Positions 28,421-39,443 of a stretch of DNA of 64,000 nucleotides are shown here, piece after piece. Below the pieces are notes generated by a model that saw only the letters and a list, made by a program, of their open reading frames with translations, was not told the origin of the DNA and made no database searches. A program made the position numbers and the translations under genes. Numbering within the stretch: position 1 is the first letter of the stretch; the number at the start of each line of letters is the position of its first letter. The DNA is from Candidatus Latescibacterota bacterium. Lineage in GTDB: Bacteria; Latescibacterota; UBA2968. Where the stretch lies: positions 3,648,001 through 3,712,000 of the forward strand of contig OZ220741.1 of the NCBI GenBank assembly GCA_965116885.1, in the 5' to 3' direction.

Positions 28421-28891
28421 TTACCTCCCACTTCGGATGCGTGTCTTTAGTGCTTGTTCGACTTCGCGTTGGGCATCTCGGCGGGCAATATCGCGCCGCT
28501 TGTCAAATTGTTTTTTGCCGCGTGCCACGCCGAGTTCGACTTTGGCTTTGCCGCGTTTGAAATAGAGTTTGAGGGGAATTAATGTGTGGCCTCTTTCATT
28601 GACATATCCTCTCAGGCGATTGATTTCATGGCGGTGGAGCAGCAATTTTCGTTTGCGCTCGGTGTCGTGGTTAAACTGGTTGCCCTGTGCATATTCGCTG
28701 ATATGCGTGTTGTGCAAATAAGCTTCTCCGCCCTCAATACGCGCGTAGCCATCTTTCAAATTGGCCCGGCCTTCGCGCAGGGCTTTGACTTCTGTGCCCC
28801 GCAATTGCAGGCCGGCCTCATAAGTGCTGAGGATGTGGTAATCGCGCCGTGCTTTTCGGTTTTGCGCGATGATTTTGATGCTTTCTGACAT
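28421..28891 (-). CDS. smpB: SsrA-binding protein
   Basis: [37 protein letters not shown]. Confidence 0.96.
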   Translation of the reverse strand: MSESIKIIAQNRKARRDYHILSTYEAGLQLRGTEVKALREGRANLKDGYARIEGGEAYLHNTHISEYAQGNQFNHDTERKRKLLLHRHEINRLRGYVNERGHTLIPLKLYFKRGKAKVELGVARGKKQFDKRRDIARRDAQREVEQALKTRIRSGR

Positions 28892-28902
28892 TAAATCTCC
28901 GC

Positions 28903-29733
28903 TCACATATCAGGCTGAAGGATATGCATGAGATCTTCGAGTTTTTTTGCGCGATTTGGATCGTCCAGGTTTAGATACGTATATCTGAGGTTGTTCATCA
29001 TGCGAAAGAGCGTGAAGCAGTTGCTGGCTTCAGAAAAAAGATCTTTTGGAATTTTTTTTCCAATGAGGTCGGCGCATTCATTTGCCGTGAGGATCTGTCC
29101 CCGATTATGCGGGTCAATATAAATATGTTGATCGGTTTGGGTGTATTTGACGATGTAGTGTTCGGGTAAAGCAACACCTGAGATGGGCAATTCCAGGCGT
29201 TTTGCGAGAATGAGATAGACCGCAGAGAGCGTGATCGGCCAGCCACGCTTTCGATCTATTACGCGGTTGAAATACGTATCGTCGGGATCATAGCGGGTAG
29301 ATGCGTGAAACCCTTGCTCGTCAAAGAGATAATGGTTGAGCGTGCGAATGATGCGAATGGGATGATCGTCGGGGGCAATCCTGGGCGCGAGTTCAAAGGC
29401 CATGTATCCCAGGCGCGTTTTGTAAGCACTTTCATCGAGGTCGGGATATCCGAATCGCGCCAGCGCAAAGACGCCTTCTTCGAGGGCAATATCGCCGTGT
29501 TGGTCGCGTGTGAGATCGCGAAACCGCATATCGAGAGATGGTTCTCTAAATCGCCTGAGTACGCGGCTGACTTCTCGATGTGCGCGTGAGTCTTCGGCGC
29601 AGGCACTGTGGATTTCGCGTGTGGCCTTCTCGCCCAAATCATACAGTTTTTGGCGCATGCGATCCGCAATGTCGGGAGAGGCGTCCGATAGAAGCGATAC
29701 AATGGCGCGGATTTGTGCGGAGTGGAGTGTCAT
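28903..29733 (-). CDS. SirB1 / transglutaminase-like (Transglut_core2) protein
   Basis: [11 protein letters not shown]...[13 protein letters not shown]...LPEHYIV...IDP...RMMNNL. Confidence 0.75.
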   Translation of the reverse strand: MTLHSAQIRAIVSLLSDASPDIADRMRQKLYDLGEKATREIHSACAEDSRAHREVSRVLRRFREPSLDMRFRDLTRDQHGDIALEEGVFALARFGYPDLDESAYKTRLGYMAFELAPRIAPDDHPIRIIRTLNHYLFDEQGFHASTRYDPDDTYFNRVIDRKRGWPITLSAVYLILAKRLELPISGVALPEHYIVKYTQTDQHIYIDPHNRGQILTANECADLIGKKIPKDLFSEASNCFTLFRMMNNLRYTYLNLDDPNRAKKLEDLMHILQPDM

Positions 29734-31607
29734 ACAGGTGCACCGCGTCTTTTTAGCATAATCATGAGCAGAGCAATATCCGCAGGCGAAATGCCGGGAA
29801 TACGAGATGCCTGCCCCAGTGATCGAGGTCTAATGCGGGTGAATTTTTCAATAGCTTCATTTCGCAAAGCTGCAATGTCAGCATAGTTAAAGTTTTCGGG
29901 AATATATTTTTTTTCCAAATTGTGAAAGCGTTGCACCTGTTCTTCTTGTCGGTCGAGATATCCTTCGTATTTGAGTTCAATTTCGACCGATTCACACACA
30001 TCCTCGGGCAGGGTTTCAGAAGCAGGTGACAATTGTGTGACAATGCTGTAAGACAATTCTGGACGCCGCAAAAGTTCGGCGAGCGTCACCGCGCGTTTCA
30101 ATGGAGAAGAATGCGACGCTTTAAGTGTTGTTTGAATATCGTCGGTTGGGGTGAGGCGCGTTGATCGCAGCCGTTCGATTTCTTCGTCGATTTGTCGTTT
30201 GCGTTTGCAAAAGCGGTTATACGCTTCGTCGGAAAGCAGGCCGATTTTTCGTCCGAGTTCACACAGACGCAAATCCGCGTTGTCCTGTCGCAAGAGCAGG
30301 CGATATTCGGCCAGCGAGGTAAACATGCGATAGGGTTCTTCTGTGCCTTTGGTTACGAGGTCGTCGATCAGTACGCCAATATAAGCCTGCGAGCGATCCA
30401 GGATTATGGGATCGTCGCCCCGGGCTGTTAAGGCGGCGTTGATGCCCGCCATAATTCCCTGTCCAGCAGCTTCCTCGTATCCGGTGGTGCCGTTGATTTG
30501 TCCCGCAAAAAACAAACCGGCGATGGGTTTGGTTTCCAGGGTGGGATGGATTTGCGTCGGGGGTACATAGTCGTATTCGACGGCATAGGCCGGGCGCATG
30601 ATCTCCGCCCGTTCAAGACCGGGGATGCTGCGTACAACTTCGACTTGCACATCTTCGGGCAGGCTCATCGATAGGCCGTTGAGATAGACTTCAAGGGTGT
30701 GATATCCTTCGGGTTCGAGAAAAATTTGATGCCCGTCCTTGTCGGGAAAGCGCACAATTTTGTCCTCTACCGAGGGGCAATACCGGGGTCCTACACCCTG
30801 GATACGCCCGCTGTACATCGCCGAGCGATCCAGATTGCTGCGAATAATATCGTGCGTTTTTTGCACGGTCATTGTGAGATGACAGCTGAGTTGTTCTTGC
30901 TCAATGCAGTCGGTGTGGTAGGAAAAGGGCCGGGGATCGGCATCGCCGGGTTGCTCTTCGCAGGTGCTAAAATCGATGCTGCGCGCATTGACGCGCGGCG
31001 GGGTGCCGGTTTTGAGCCGTCCGAGTTCAAATCCGAGTTGTGAGAGGCCATCGGATGCTTTGTCGGCGGCTTGCTCACCTGCACGCCCCGCACTGTAGGA
31101 AAAATCGCCCACATGAATGAGGCCCTTGAGGAAGGTGCCCGTGGTCAGGATTACGGTCCTGGCGGCAAAAACAGTTTTGGCTTTGGTGACCACGCCCTCA
31201 ATGCGTCTGTTTTTGACCACGAGGTCTTCGAGCAAGCCCTGTTTGACGTCAAGATGTGGCTGGTTTTCGATTACTTCTTTCATGCGAAACTGATATGCTT
31301 TTTTATCAGCCTGCGCCCGGGGAGCCTGTACGGCGGGTCCTCTGCGCCGATTGAGCATGCGAAATTGCAGACCTGCGGCATCAATATTGTGCGCCATTTC
31401 ACCGCCCAGAGCATCAATTTCGCGCACCATATGGCCCTTTGCAATGCCGCCAATGGCCGGGTTGCACGACATCTGTGCGATGGTGTCGAGGTTCATGGTC
31501 AGCAGTAGCGTTTCACATCCCATACGCGCAGACGCCAGAGCGGCTTCTGCTCCCGCATGTCCACCGCCAACAACGATGACGTCGTATTTTTTTTCATAGA
31601 TCGACAT
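29730..31607 (-). CDS. mnmG: tRNA U34 carboxymethylaminomethyl modification enzyme MnmG/GidA
   Basis: GGGHAGAEAA, MSCNPAIGG, KTGTPPR, GPRYCPSVEDK, AGQINGTTGYEEAA. Confidence 0.97.
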   Translation of the reverse strand: MSIYEKKYDVIVVGGGHAGAEAALASARMGCETLLLTMNLDTIAQMSCNPAIGGIAKGHMVREIDALGGEMAHNIDAAGLQFRMLNRRRGPAVQAPRAQADKKAYQFRMKEVIENQPHLDVKQGLLEDLVVKNRRIEGVVTKAKTVFAARTVILTTGTFLKGLIHVGDFSYSAGRAGEQAADKASDGLSQLGFELGRLKTGTPPRVNARSIDFSTCEEQPGDADPRPFSYHTDCIEQEQLSCHLTMTVQKTHDIIRSNLDRSAMYSGRIQGVGPRYCPSVEDKIVRFPDKDGHQIFLEPEGYHTLEVYLNGLSMSLPEDVQVEVVRSIPGLERAEIMRPAYAVEYDYVPPTQIHPTLETKPIAGLFFAGQINGTTGYEEAAGQGIMAGINAALTARGDDPIILDRSQAYIGVLIDDLVTKGTEEPYRMFTSLAEYRLLLRQDNADLRLCELGRKIGLLSDEAYNRFCKRKRQIDEEIERLRSTRLTPTDDIQTTLKASHSSPLKRAVTLAELLRRPELSYSIVTQLSPASETLPEDVCESVEIELKYEGYLDRQEEQVQRFHNLEKKYIPENFNYADIAALRNEAIEKFTRIRPRSLGQASRIPGISPADIALLMIMLKRRGAPV

Positions 31608-31615
31608 ATTTGTTT

Positions 31616-32644
31616 TTATCGCTGAGCGTGTACTGGTGTGCCAATTGCCAGAAGATGATCGTTTTGCGATTCGCTTTGTATCGTTTCGACTTCGAATCCC
31701 AGATCGGTAATCATCTGGTGTGTATCTTCTACATCCAGGCCGCCTGTGGTCAAATACCCTTCCATAAAGAGCGAGTTGGCTGGATAAAGCGCCAGAGGTT
31801 GGAGGGATCGGAGATTTTTTTCTCGACCACCCGCTACGCGAATTTCGGTTGATGGGTTGACAAATCGGAACAGACACAATGCGCGCAAACAATCGTGAGG
31901 GGTTAAGGAATTTTGATTCGACAGGGGCGTGCCCGCGATGGGGTGCAGGAAATTGACGGGAATGGAGTTGACGCCGAGGTCGCGCAAAGACACCGCCATA
32001 TCAATTATGTCGTTGTGGGTTTCTCCCATACCAATAATGCCGCCGCTGCACGTATCCAGGCCCGCTTTTTGGATGTTATACAGGGTATCTAATCGGTCTT
32101 CGTAGGTATGTGTAGATACAATATGCGGCGTGTGTGCTTTGCTGGTGTTGAGGTTGTGATTGACGCGATCGACACCCGCGTCTTTTAAGCGTTGTGCTTT
32201 TTCTCCCGTCAGTAAGCCCAAACAACAACAGATGTCGATATCTACTTCCCGTTTGATCTGGCGCACGACATCTGTAATGGCATTAACTTCATTGTCGGTG
32301 GGCGCGCGTCCGCTCGTGACAATGCAGTATCGATACGCACCGTTTTCTTTGGCTTCGCGGGCTGCATCTATCATTTCGCGGGCTGGTCGCAGGGGGTATT
32401 TATCAATTGGTGCATTTGAGACAGCCGATTGCGAGCAGTAGGCACAGTCTTCGGGGCACAAGCCACTTTTGGCATTCATCAGCACATGAATGTGTACTTT
32501 GCGCCCAAAATAATGATGGCGCACCTGGTATGCCGCGTGCAAAAGCGGTAGAATATCGCGGTCAGACGTTTGAAGAACAGCGTGCATTTCAGCATTTGAC
32601 AAGTCGGTTCCAGAGAGGGTTTTTTGGGCATAAGAAGTGTACAT
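31616..32644 (-). CDS. bioB: biotin synthase
   Basis: KSGLCPEDCAYCSQS radical-SAM motif, NHNLNT, CSGGIIGMGE, SIPVNFL, GYLTT. Confidence 0.95.
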   Translation of the reverse strand: MYTSYAQKTLSGTDLSNAEMHAVLQTSDRDILPLLHAAYQVRHHYFGRKVHIHVLMNAKSGLCPEDCAYCSQSAVSNAPIDKYPLRPAREMIDAAREAKENGAYRYCIVTSGRAPTDNEVNAITDVVRQIKREVDIDICCCLGLLTGEKAQRLKDAGVDRVNHNLNTSKAHTPHIVSTHTYEDRLDTLYNIQKAGLDTCSGGIIGMGETHNDIIDMAVSLRDLGVNSIPVNFLHPIAGTPLSNQNSLTPHDCLRALCLFRFVNPSTEIRVAGGREKNLRSLQPLALYPANSLFMEGYLTTGGLDVEDTHQMITDLGFEVETIQSESQNDHLLAIGTPVHAQR

Positions 32645-32673
32645 AGTATGTCCTGGATGTCTCTTTTTGGTGG

Positions 32674-33195
32674 TTATCGATAAAATGCAAGGCCGAGGGC
32701 TGCGGTTACAACAATGGCCAAAGCGGGATGAAGATTGAGAAAGTTGATGGCTGCAAAAGCAGCGACCGCAATGAGGGCCGTGTGCCAGGAAGTAACAGAT
32801 TTGGGACACATTTCCCAGACCACGACGATTAAAAGCCCAACTACTGCCGGACGCACGGCTTTGAGCATGGCCTGTACGAGCGGAGTATCCTTATAGTTCA
32901 TAAAAAACAAACCGAGGACCATCATCATGAGCAATGAGGGGAATACCGTGCCAAAGAGCGCGACCACAAGGCCCGGTGTGTCGGCGACCTGGTATCCTAT
33001 ATACGCAGCCATTTTAGTGGCAATGGGACCTGGAAGTGCATAGCCCATCGCAAGAGCGTCTGTAAATTCTTCTATGGTCATCCAATTATTGCGATCGACG
33101 ACTTCTTCTTGAATGAGTGGGATCATCGAAGGACCGCCGCCATAGGCAAAGATGCCGACTTTGGAGAATGAAACAAACAGATCCCATAGCTTCAT
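32674..33195 (-). CDS. short-chain chromate transporter (CHR) family protein
   Basis: GIFAYGGG...LPGPIAT; hydrophobic. Confidence 0.85.
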   Translation of the reverse strand: MKLWDLFVSFSKVGIFAYGGGPSMIPLIQEEVVDRNNWMTIEEFTDALAMGYALPGPIATKMAAYIGYQVADTPGLVVALFGTVFPSLLMMMVLGLFFMNYKDTPLVQAMLKAVRPAVVGLLIVVVWEMCPKSVTSWHTALIAVAAFAAINFLNLHPALAIVVTAALGLAFYR

Positions 33196-33535
33196 TAAAA
33201 CGCTCCTTGTAAGCATAACAGCTTGTTAAACATCAATGTTATGAATAAAATCGCTTCTTATAGCGAAATGGAAATATATCCATTTCACGCTTATGAGACA
33301 AGGTAAATCACATCGGGAATCGTCAAAATTGCTACCTGATTTTGCATTGGATTTTTTGCTCAGATTTTTTACATTTGAGCACGATTTTGTTGTGCGTCAA
33401 TCTATTTTTCTGTAATTGTGCGGGGAAACGGCGCAATAGAAATGGAATAAGATCTGGTTTAATTTCTATTTATCGTTGACAATCCCGGGCCTTTTTCCTA
33501 TTATGCCCGCTCTTTTTTGGCGGCGATTTACTCCC

Positions 33536-34243
33536 ATGTCGGTATTAGAAAAACTCCAAAAAATCTGTGATCAAAATCCGACGTCCATTTTATTTGCACG
33601 TCTGGCAGATGGGTTGTTGCAGCGTGGAGAGGTCGCACGCGCAATTGAGGTTTGCCGCCGCGGATTGCGCTATCGGCCGTCATATACAGCGGGCCATGTG
33701 GTGATGGGCAAGTGCTACCATGCGACCGGGGATTATGAAGAAGCGCGTCTGGCGTTTCAAAGGGTATTGCAATTAGATGACGGTCATCTTATCGCACACT
33801 GGTATATGGGCAAAATCGCTTTGCAATTGGGGCGTGACGACCTCGCGCTCAAATATTTTGAACAGGCTCATGTTCGCGATCCATTTAGTCCCGAACTCAT
33901 AGATCAGATTTTCAAACTCAAAGGCGAGGAGGTTGAAGAGAAGCAGGACAACGGTCCTGAGTCTGGCGGTTCTGAAGTCGTATCTGGAAGCGAGGCATTT
34001 GCTCAGGCGCTTTTAGAAGAAGATGACGAAGACGATTTGGATGCGCTGGTTATGTCTCTTAAACGCGAGCCAAAATCTGGGGAAGAGGCTCCTGTTATAG
34101 CAACGACCACACTGGCCGAGCTATACGCGAGTCAGGGCCTTATTCCGGAGGCCATCGCAGTTTTGGAACAGGTGATTGCCCGCGAACCCGACAATGAGCA
34201 TATTGTTGCCCGCCTGGATGAGTTGCGGAATTTATCGGAATAA
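33536..34243 (+). CDS. tetratricopeptide repeat protein
   Basis: TPR-like helices; C-terminal TTTLAELYASQG. Promoter TTGACA-17-TATTAT at 33476. Confidence 0.8.
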   Translation: MSVLEKLQKICDQNPTSILFARLADGLLQRGEVARAIEVCRRGLRYRPSYTAGHVVMGKCYHATGDYEEARLAFQRVLQLDDGHLIAHWYMGKIALQLGRDDLALKYFEQAHVRDPFSPELIDQIFKLKGEEVEEKQDNGPESGGSEVVSGSEAFAQALLEEDDEDDLDALVMSLKREPKSGEEAPVIATTTLAELYASQGLIPEAIAVLEQVIAREPDNEHIVARLDELRNLSE

Positions 34244-34257
34244 GAGGAACTGAGAGC

Positions 34258-35001
34258 ATGAATCAGTCCGAAAATGAGTATGACGGAATTGCAGAAGCGT
34301 ATAGGGATTCCAAGCAACTCTCATTTCGAAAATATATTGAAGAATATACCTTTTTTCATATACTTGGAGATGTCCGAGGGACAACGGTCCTGGACCTGGC
34401 TTGCGGTGAGGGGTTTTACACGCGCAAGATCAAGCGAGCTGGGGCGGCAGAGGTCACAGGCGTCGATCTTTCCGCAGAAATGATCAAGTTGGCAGAAGAA
34501 GAAGAACACATCCGTCCTCTGGGATGCAAGTACCTGAATCGAGATGTGGCCCGGCTCGATATGGCTGAATCTGTCGATGTCGTAGTGGCGATGTATCTTT
34601 TAAATTATGCGAGGACGAAAGAGGAACTTCTCAATTTTGTCCAGGTGGCTTATAATAGACTGCAACAGAGAGGGCGATTTATCGGATTCAATGACAATGT
34701 TCAGCATGTTCCCAGAGGAACTATTTCCTTCGCCCAATACGGATTTGACAAAGTGTGTACTCCTTCTCCTCAAGAGGGAGATATTATTTTGTATCAAATA
34801 AATAATGAAGATGGTACGCAGTTTGAGTTTAAGAATTATTATCTCAGTCCAGAAACGTATCAGTGGGCTTTTCAGAAAGCTGGTTTTTCCGATTTTCAAT
34901 GGGTGGGTCCGTTTATACATCCATCTCAGCAGCACAACCCTTTTTGGGATGCTTTTATGTCTCGTCCTCCACTCATTGGTTTTTGCGCGTCAAAGCAATA
35001 A
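34258..35001 (+). CDS. class I SAM-dependent methyltransferase
   Basis: VLDLACGEG, GVDLS, YLLNYA. Confidence 0.85.
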   Translation: MNQSENEYDGIAEAYRDSKQLSFRKYIEEYTFFHILGDVRGTTVLDLACGEGFYTRKIKRAGAAEVTGVDLSAEMIKLAEEEEHIRPLGCKYLNRDVARLDMAESVDVVVAMYLLNYARTKEELLNFVQVAYNRLQQRGRFIGFNDNVQHVPRGTISFAQYGFDKVCTPSPQEGDIILYQINNEDGTQFEFKNYYLSPETYQWAFQKAGFSDFQWVGPFIHPSQQHNPFWDAFMSRPPLIGFCASKQ

Positions 35002-35046
35002 GTTCATATCCCAGCAGGGATGATCGTTGACAATAAAGGATTGTTT

Positions 35047-35604
35047 ATGGTTTCTACTTCTGATTTTCGCAATGGTATGGTTATTCGCCTGGATGGGCAG
35101 CTTTTTTTTATGACCGAGTTTGAGCATTTTAAGCCCGGCAAAGGTGCTGCGGTCGTGCGCACCAAGCTCAAGAGTGTGAGGTCAGGTGCTGTGATTGACC
35201 GCACATTCCGGTCGGGCGACAAAGTAGATGATGTCCGCCTGGAAAAACGAAAGAGCCAATACTTATATAAACAAGATACATTTTACATTTTTATGGATAC
35301 TCGCACGTACAACCAATACGAAGTGCCCACGGAGATTGTGGGTGATGCACAACAGCTGTTGCAGGAAAATGAGATTGTCGATGTACTGATTGCCGAGGGA
35401 AATGCCCTGGGTGTGGAACTGCCCATTTTTGTGGAATTGAAGGTCGATCAAACCGATCCCGGCTTGCGAGGCGATACGGCCACTGGTGGCACAAAGCCCG
35501 CGCGCGTGGAAACCGGGGCGACAGTGCAGGTTCCACTATTTGTCGAGATTGGCGATGTGTTGAAAATCGATACGCGCACCCAATCTTATGTCGAACGGGT
35601 TTAG
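35047..35604 (+). CDS. efp: elongation factor P
   Basis: KPGKGAA, PGLRGDTATG, VQVPLF. Confidence 0.96.
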   Translation: MVSTSDFRNGMVIRLDGQLFFMTEFEHFKPGKGAAVVRTKLKSVRSGAVIDRTFRSGDKVDDVRLEKRKSQYLYKQDTFYIFMDTRTYNQYEVPTEIVGDAQQLLQENEIVDVLIAEGNALGVELPIFVELKVDQTDPGLRGDTATGGTKPARVETGATVQVPLFVEIGDVLKIDTRTQSYVERV

Positions 35605-35613
35605 GAGATTACT

Positions 35614-36093
35614 GTGAAAATTTCCAAGCAGATAATAGCGAGTGCAAAAGAACTCATCGATCTGATTGGTGCCGATGATGTGGAGGAAGTTGAAATTGAG
35701 CGCAAGCTCTTTGGACGCGGACGCATTCGCATTGTGCGCGTCAGCCAACAAGCCCCCATAGTGCAAACGCTGGCCGCACCGCCAGCGTCAGCATCTGCAC
35801 CTGTTGATGTGCCGAAAACCGAAGATGCTATAAGTGAAGACGATGGGCGCTATCACACTTTGCGCTCGCCTATGGTGGGTATGTTTTATCAATCGCCAAA
35901 CCCCGAAGCACCACCTTATGCAACAGAAGGCGATGAGGTGGCGAGAGGGCAGACCCTGTGTATTATTGAAGCCATGAAAATTATGAATGAAATCGAGTGT
36001 GATGTGAATGGTCGGGTAGTGCGCGTACTGGTTGAAAATGCCGCGCCCGTCGAATACAACACACCCCTGTTTTTAATTGATCCGCAAAAGTAG
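35614..36093 (+). CDS. accB: biotin carboxyl carrier protein
   Basis: SPMVG, IIEAMKIMNEI. Confidence 0.93.
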   Translation: MKISKQIIASAKELIDLIGADDVEEVEIERKLFGRGRIRIVRVSQQAPIVQTLAAPPASASAPVDVPKTEDAISEDDGRYHTLRSPMVGMFYQSPNPEAPPYATEGDEVARGQTLCIIEAMKIMNEIECDVNGRVVRVLVENAAPVEYNTPLFLIDPQK

Positions 36094-36191
36094 CCGTGCC
36101 CTTTCGGGGATGCCCGTTCACTGATTGTCGCTTGCCCTCCCCAGGCGAATGAGCAGACCCTATTGACCTTTCCTTTTTTGAGATCATACCC

Positions 36192-37535
36192 TTGTTTGAG
36201 AAAGTTCTCATTGCCGACCGCGGCGAGATTGCCCTGCGTATTATCCGGGCCTGTAAAGAGTTGGGCCTGAAAACCGTTGCGGTTTATTCTGAAGCGGATA
36301 GCAATTCGCTGCATGTCGGTATGGCCGATGAAGATGTTTGTATTGGTCCGCCCCCCGGCGAGCAAAGCTATCGAAATATTCCGCGGATCTTAAGTGCTGC
36401 CGAAGTGACCAATGCCGATGCGATTCATCCGGGCTATGGCCCGCTGGCCGAGAATGCCGAGTTTGCCGAAATTTGCGGCACCTGCGGCATTGTTTTTATT
36501 GGTCCATCTGCAGAATCGATACGCAAGATGGGTGATAAGGCTATCGCGCGAGAGACCATGCAAGGAGCCGGTGTGCCCGTTGCGCCGGGTACGGGGGTTT
36601 TGGATAGCTATGAGGAAGCCCGTGAAGTTGCGCGTGACATTGGATATCCCGTGCGCCTCAAAGCCGTGGCAGGCGGAGGCGGACGAGGGATGCGTACTGT
36701 ATTTTCAGAGGGCGAGTTAGAACGCGCGTGGCAAATGGCACAGGCCGAGGCACAGGCGGCGTTTACATCTGGCGCGCTCTATTTGGAAAAAGAGATTGTG
36801 CAGCCCCGGCATGTGGAGATTCAAGTGTTGGGAGATTTGGCGGGGCGTATTGTGCATTTGGGGGAACGAGAGTGTTCGGTCCAGCGTCGGCATCAAAAGC
36901 TCATTGAAGAGTCGCCTTCACCCGTAGTTGATGACGCTATGCGCCAGCGTATGGGAGAGGCGGCTATCAAAGGTGCGCTCGCGGTTGGATATGCCAGTGC
37001 TGGCACGGTTGAATTTTTGCTCGATGCTTCCGGAGATTTTTATTTTTTAGAAATGAACACGCGCATTCAGGTTGAGCATCCGGTTACAGAGACGGTGGCC
37101 AGTCTCGATCTGGTCAAATGGCAGATCCGTATCGCAGCCGGTGCGTCTCTTCCGCGGTCTCAAGATCTATTTGATTTCAAAGGACATGCTATTGAGTGTC
37201 GAATCAATGCCGAAGATCCCGAGCATAATTTCAGGCCCTCGCCCGGCACTATTACTTCTTTTCATATGCCGGGAGGCCCGGGCATTCGCATTGATTCACA
37301 CGTATATACGGGATATACGGTTCCGCCGCAGTACGATTCCCTTTTGGCCAAGCTCATCGGATATGGGGATACGCGCGACGAGGCAATTGCACGGGTGATA
37401 CGCGCTCTCGAAGAGTTTGTGATCGAAGGCGTGCCAACGACTATTCCCTTTCACCTCCATGCTTTGCAACACGAGGATTTTAGAACGGGACGGGCAACAA
37501 CAGAATTTGTGAACAAGTTGGGCTATGGTGGGTGA
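36192..37535 (+). CDS. accC: biotin carboxylase
   Basis: [35 protein letters not shown]. Confidence 0.95.
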   Translation: MFEKVLIADRGEIALRIIRACKELGLKTVAVYSEADSNSLHVGMADEDVCIGPPPGEQSYRNIPRILSAAEVTNADAIHPGYGPLAENAEFAEICGTCGIVFIGPSAESIRKMGDKAIARETMQGAGVPVAPGTGVLDSYEEAREVARDIGYPVRLKAVAGGGGRGMRTVFSEGELERAWQMAQAEAQAAFTSGALYLEKEIVQPRHVEIQVLGDLAGRIVHLGERECSVQRRHQKLIEESPSPVVDDAMRQRMGEAAIKGALAVGYASAGTVEFLLDASGDFYFLEMNTRIQVEHPVTETVASLDLVKWQIRIAAGASLPRSQDLFDFKGHAIECRINAEDPEHNFRPSPGTITSFHMPGGPGIRIDSHVYTGYTVPPQYDSLLAKLIGYGDTRDEAIARVIRALEEFVIEGVPTTIPFHLHALQHEDFRTGRATTEFVNKLGYGG

Positions 37536-37577
37536 ATCCCATTCTCAGCTATAGGCAAAGGTATAAAGGAGCAGAAA

Positions 37578-37961
37578 ATGTCGGATATTCCAGAAGATTT
37601 ACTTTTTAATAGCGATCACGACTGGGTTCGAATTGAGGGCGATACGGGCACATGCGGGATTACGGATTACGCGCAGGGCGAGTTGGGCGATATTGTATTT
37701 TTAGAATTGCCAGAGCCTGGCGATTTTGTTACTCAGGGGGAATCCTACGGCATAATTGAGGCGGTTAAGACTGTGTCCGATCTCATTGCACCGGTTTCGG
37801 GTGAGGTGGTTGACGTCAATATCCAGTTGACAGATGATGCTGCTCTGGTCAACGACGAGCCTTATGGAGAGGGATGGATGATTCAAGTGCGCCTTTCAGA
37901 TCCTTCAGAGACAGAATTTTTAATGGATGCTCACGCCTATGCAGGTCTGGTTGATGAATAG
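37578..37961 (+). CDS. gcvH: glycine cleavage system H protein
   Basis: GITDYAQGELGD, EAVKT lipoyl-Lys, PYGEGW. Confidence 0.93.
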   Translation: MSDIPEDLLFNSDHDWVRIEGDTGTCGITDYAQGELGDIVFLELPEPGDFVTQGESYGIIEAVKTVSDLIAPVSGEVVDVNIQLTDDAALVNDEPYGEGWMIQVRLSDPSETEFLMDAHAYAGLVDE

Positions 37962-37976
37962 CCGGGATAGACTACA

Positions 37977-39443
37977 ATGACTCTCCAAAACCTCCTCTCC
38001 CAAATCGTTCTGGGTGAAGATAGCACCCGCCAGTTCAAGGTTGATGTGCGTAATGCCGCATCGTTGGCCTCTGAGATGGCGGCGTTTGCCAATTCCAGTG
38101 GGGGTACGATTTTTATTGGGGTAGGGGATGACGGTACTACACCAGGGCTTGCTATGGCGGATGTATCCCGCATCAACCAACTCATCAGCAATGCCGCGAG
38201 TCAATTGGTGCGTAGTCCTTTGATCGTGCAGACAGAGAATGTGGCATTGGAAAATGGTTGCCTCGTGATTGTGCTGACCGTACCCAGGGGGATTGATAAG
38301 CCCTATTTCGATAAGGACGGGATAATCTGGCTGAAGACCGGGGCAGATAAGCGACGGGTGAACTCGAAAGAAGAACTGCGTCGGCTGTTCCAGATCTCCG
38401 CTCAGTTTTATGCGGATGAATTACCTACCCAGGCGGGCGTTGACAAATTGGATAAATTGCGCTTTCGCGATTTTCTGCGCGAGGTCCATAATCAGGAATA
38501 CCCAGGCTCCTCCGAAGAAATAGTTCGCCTGCTCCAAAACATGAATCTCGCTACCGAGGATGGATATTTGAATCTGGCAGGCGTGCTGATGTTCGCTGAA
38601 CAGCCTGAGTGGGTCACGCCGCAGTTCGTCGTAAAAGCCATTCGCTATCCTGGCAACAAAATTCACGCTACAGACTATGTTGATACTGAGGATTTCGCCG
38701 GACCGTTGCCCAAAATTTTTGATGATACTCTGGCTTTTGTCGTGCGTAACTTACACAAAGTGCAGGCTGGACGCGGTGTAAATGCGCCGGGATTGCCAGA
38801 AGTTCCGATAAGCGTGTTCGAAGAGTTGCTGGTCAATGCGCTGGTGCATCGGGACTATCTGATAAGTGCTCCTATTCGCCTGTTCATTTTCGACAACCGC
38901 ATTGAAATCATAAGTCCCGGTCATTTGCCCAACAACTTGACCGTTGAAAAAATTCTATCCGGCAATTCCAATATCCGCAATCCAATTTTGGTTTCTTATG
39001 TGGCCAAAGGGCTGTTGCCCTATCACGGATTGGGTTCCGGAATCAAGCGTGCCCTGGATGCATGGCCGCAGATTGATTTTGTGGATGACCAGGAGGGCAA
39101 TTTATTTAGCGCAACGGTTCACCGAAAGCCCGTAGAAGAGCTAAGATTGGTGGATGTTTTACCAAAAAGTTCGGAGAAAAGTTCGAAAAAGAGTCGAGAT
39201 TTACCAAAAAGTTCGGAGAAAAGTTCGGAAAAGAGTCGAGATTTACCAAAAAGTTCGGAGAAAACCGATGTCGAGATTTTGACCAGATTCGCGGAAAATC
39301 CCGACATGACGATTTCCAAACTTGCTGGAATACTCGGTGTCACCACGCGCGCTATCGAAAAACAGATTGCCAAGCTACAAGAACAAGGCCGCCTGCGCCG
39401 TGTTGGGCCAGCCAGAGGGGGTCACTGGGAGGTGCTGGATTGA
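37977..39443 (+). CDS. AlbA_2 (Schlafen-like) + HATPase_c_4 (RecG C-terminal-like) + wHTH protein
   Basis: GEDSTRQFK...AFANSSGGTIFIGV; ELLVNALVHRDY...SPG...RNP; C-terminal GPARGGHWEV. Confidence 0.8.
   Translation: MTLQNLLSQIVLGEDSTRQFKVDVRNAASLASEMAAFANSSGGTIFIGVGDDGTTPGLAMADVSRINQLISNAASQLVRSPLIVQTENVALENGCLVIVLTVPRGIDKPYFDKDGIIWLKTGADKRRVNSKEELRRLFQISAQFYADELPTQAGVDKLDKLRFRDFLREVHNQEYPGSSEEIVRLLQNMNLATEDGYLNLAGVLMFAEQPEWVTPQFVVKAIRYPGNKIHATDYVDTEDFAGPLPKIFDDTLAFVVRNLHKVQAGRGVNAPGLPEVPISVFEELLVNALVHRDYLISAPIRLFIFDNRIEIISPGHLPNNLTVEKILSGNSNIRNPILVSYVAKGLLPYHGLGSGIKRALDAWPQIDFVDDQEGNLFSATVHRKPVEELRLVDVLPKSSEKSSKKSRDLPKSSEKSSEKSRDLPKSSEKTDVEILTRFAENPDMTISKLAGILGVTTRAIEKQIAKLQEQGRLRRVGPARGGHWEVLD
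39158..39264 (+). repeat. in-frame 42-bp tandem repeat x2.5
   Basis: TTTACCAAAAAGTTCGGAGAAAAGTTCGRAAAAGAGTCGAGA, encoding LPKSSEKSS(K/E)KSRD. Confidence 0.9.

Noticed and set aside
33200..33250. BirA operator upstream of the chromate transporter-bioB genes
   Set aside because: TGTAA/TGTTAA half-sites are present but spacing and symmetry do not fit the BirA palindrome.
39158..39264. CRISPR-like repeats
   Set aside because: Contiguous in-frame tandem units with no unique spacers and no cas genes.
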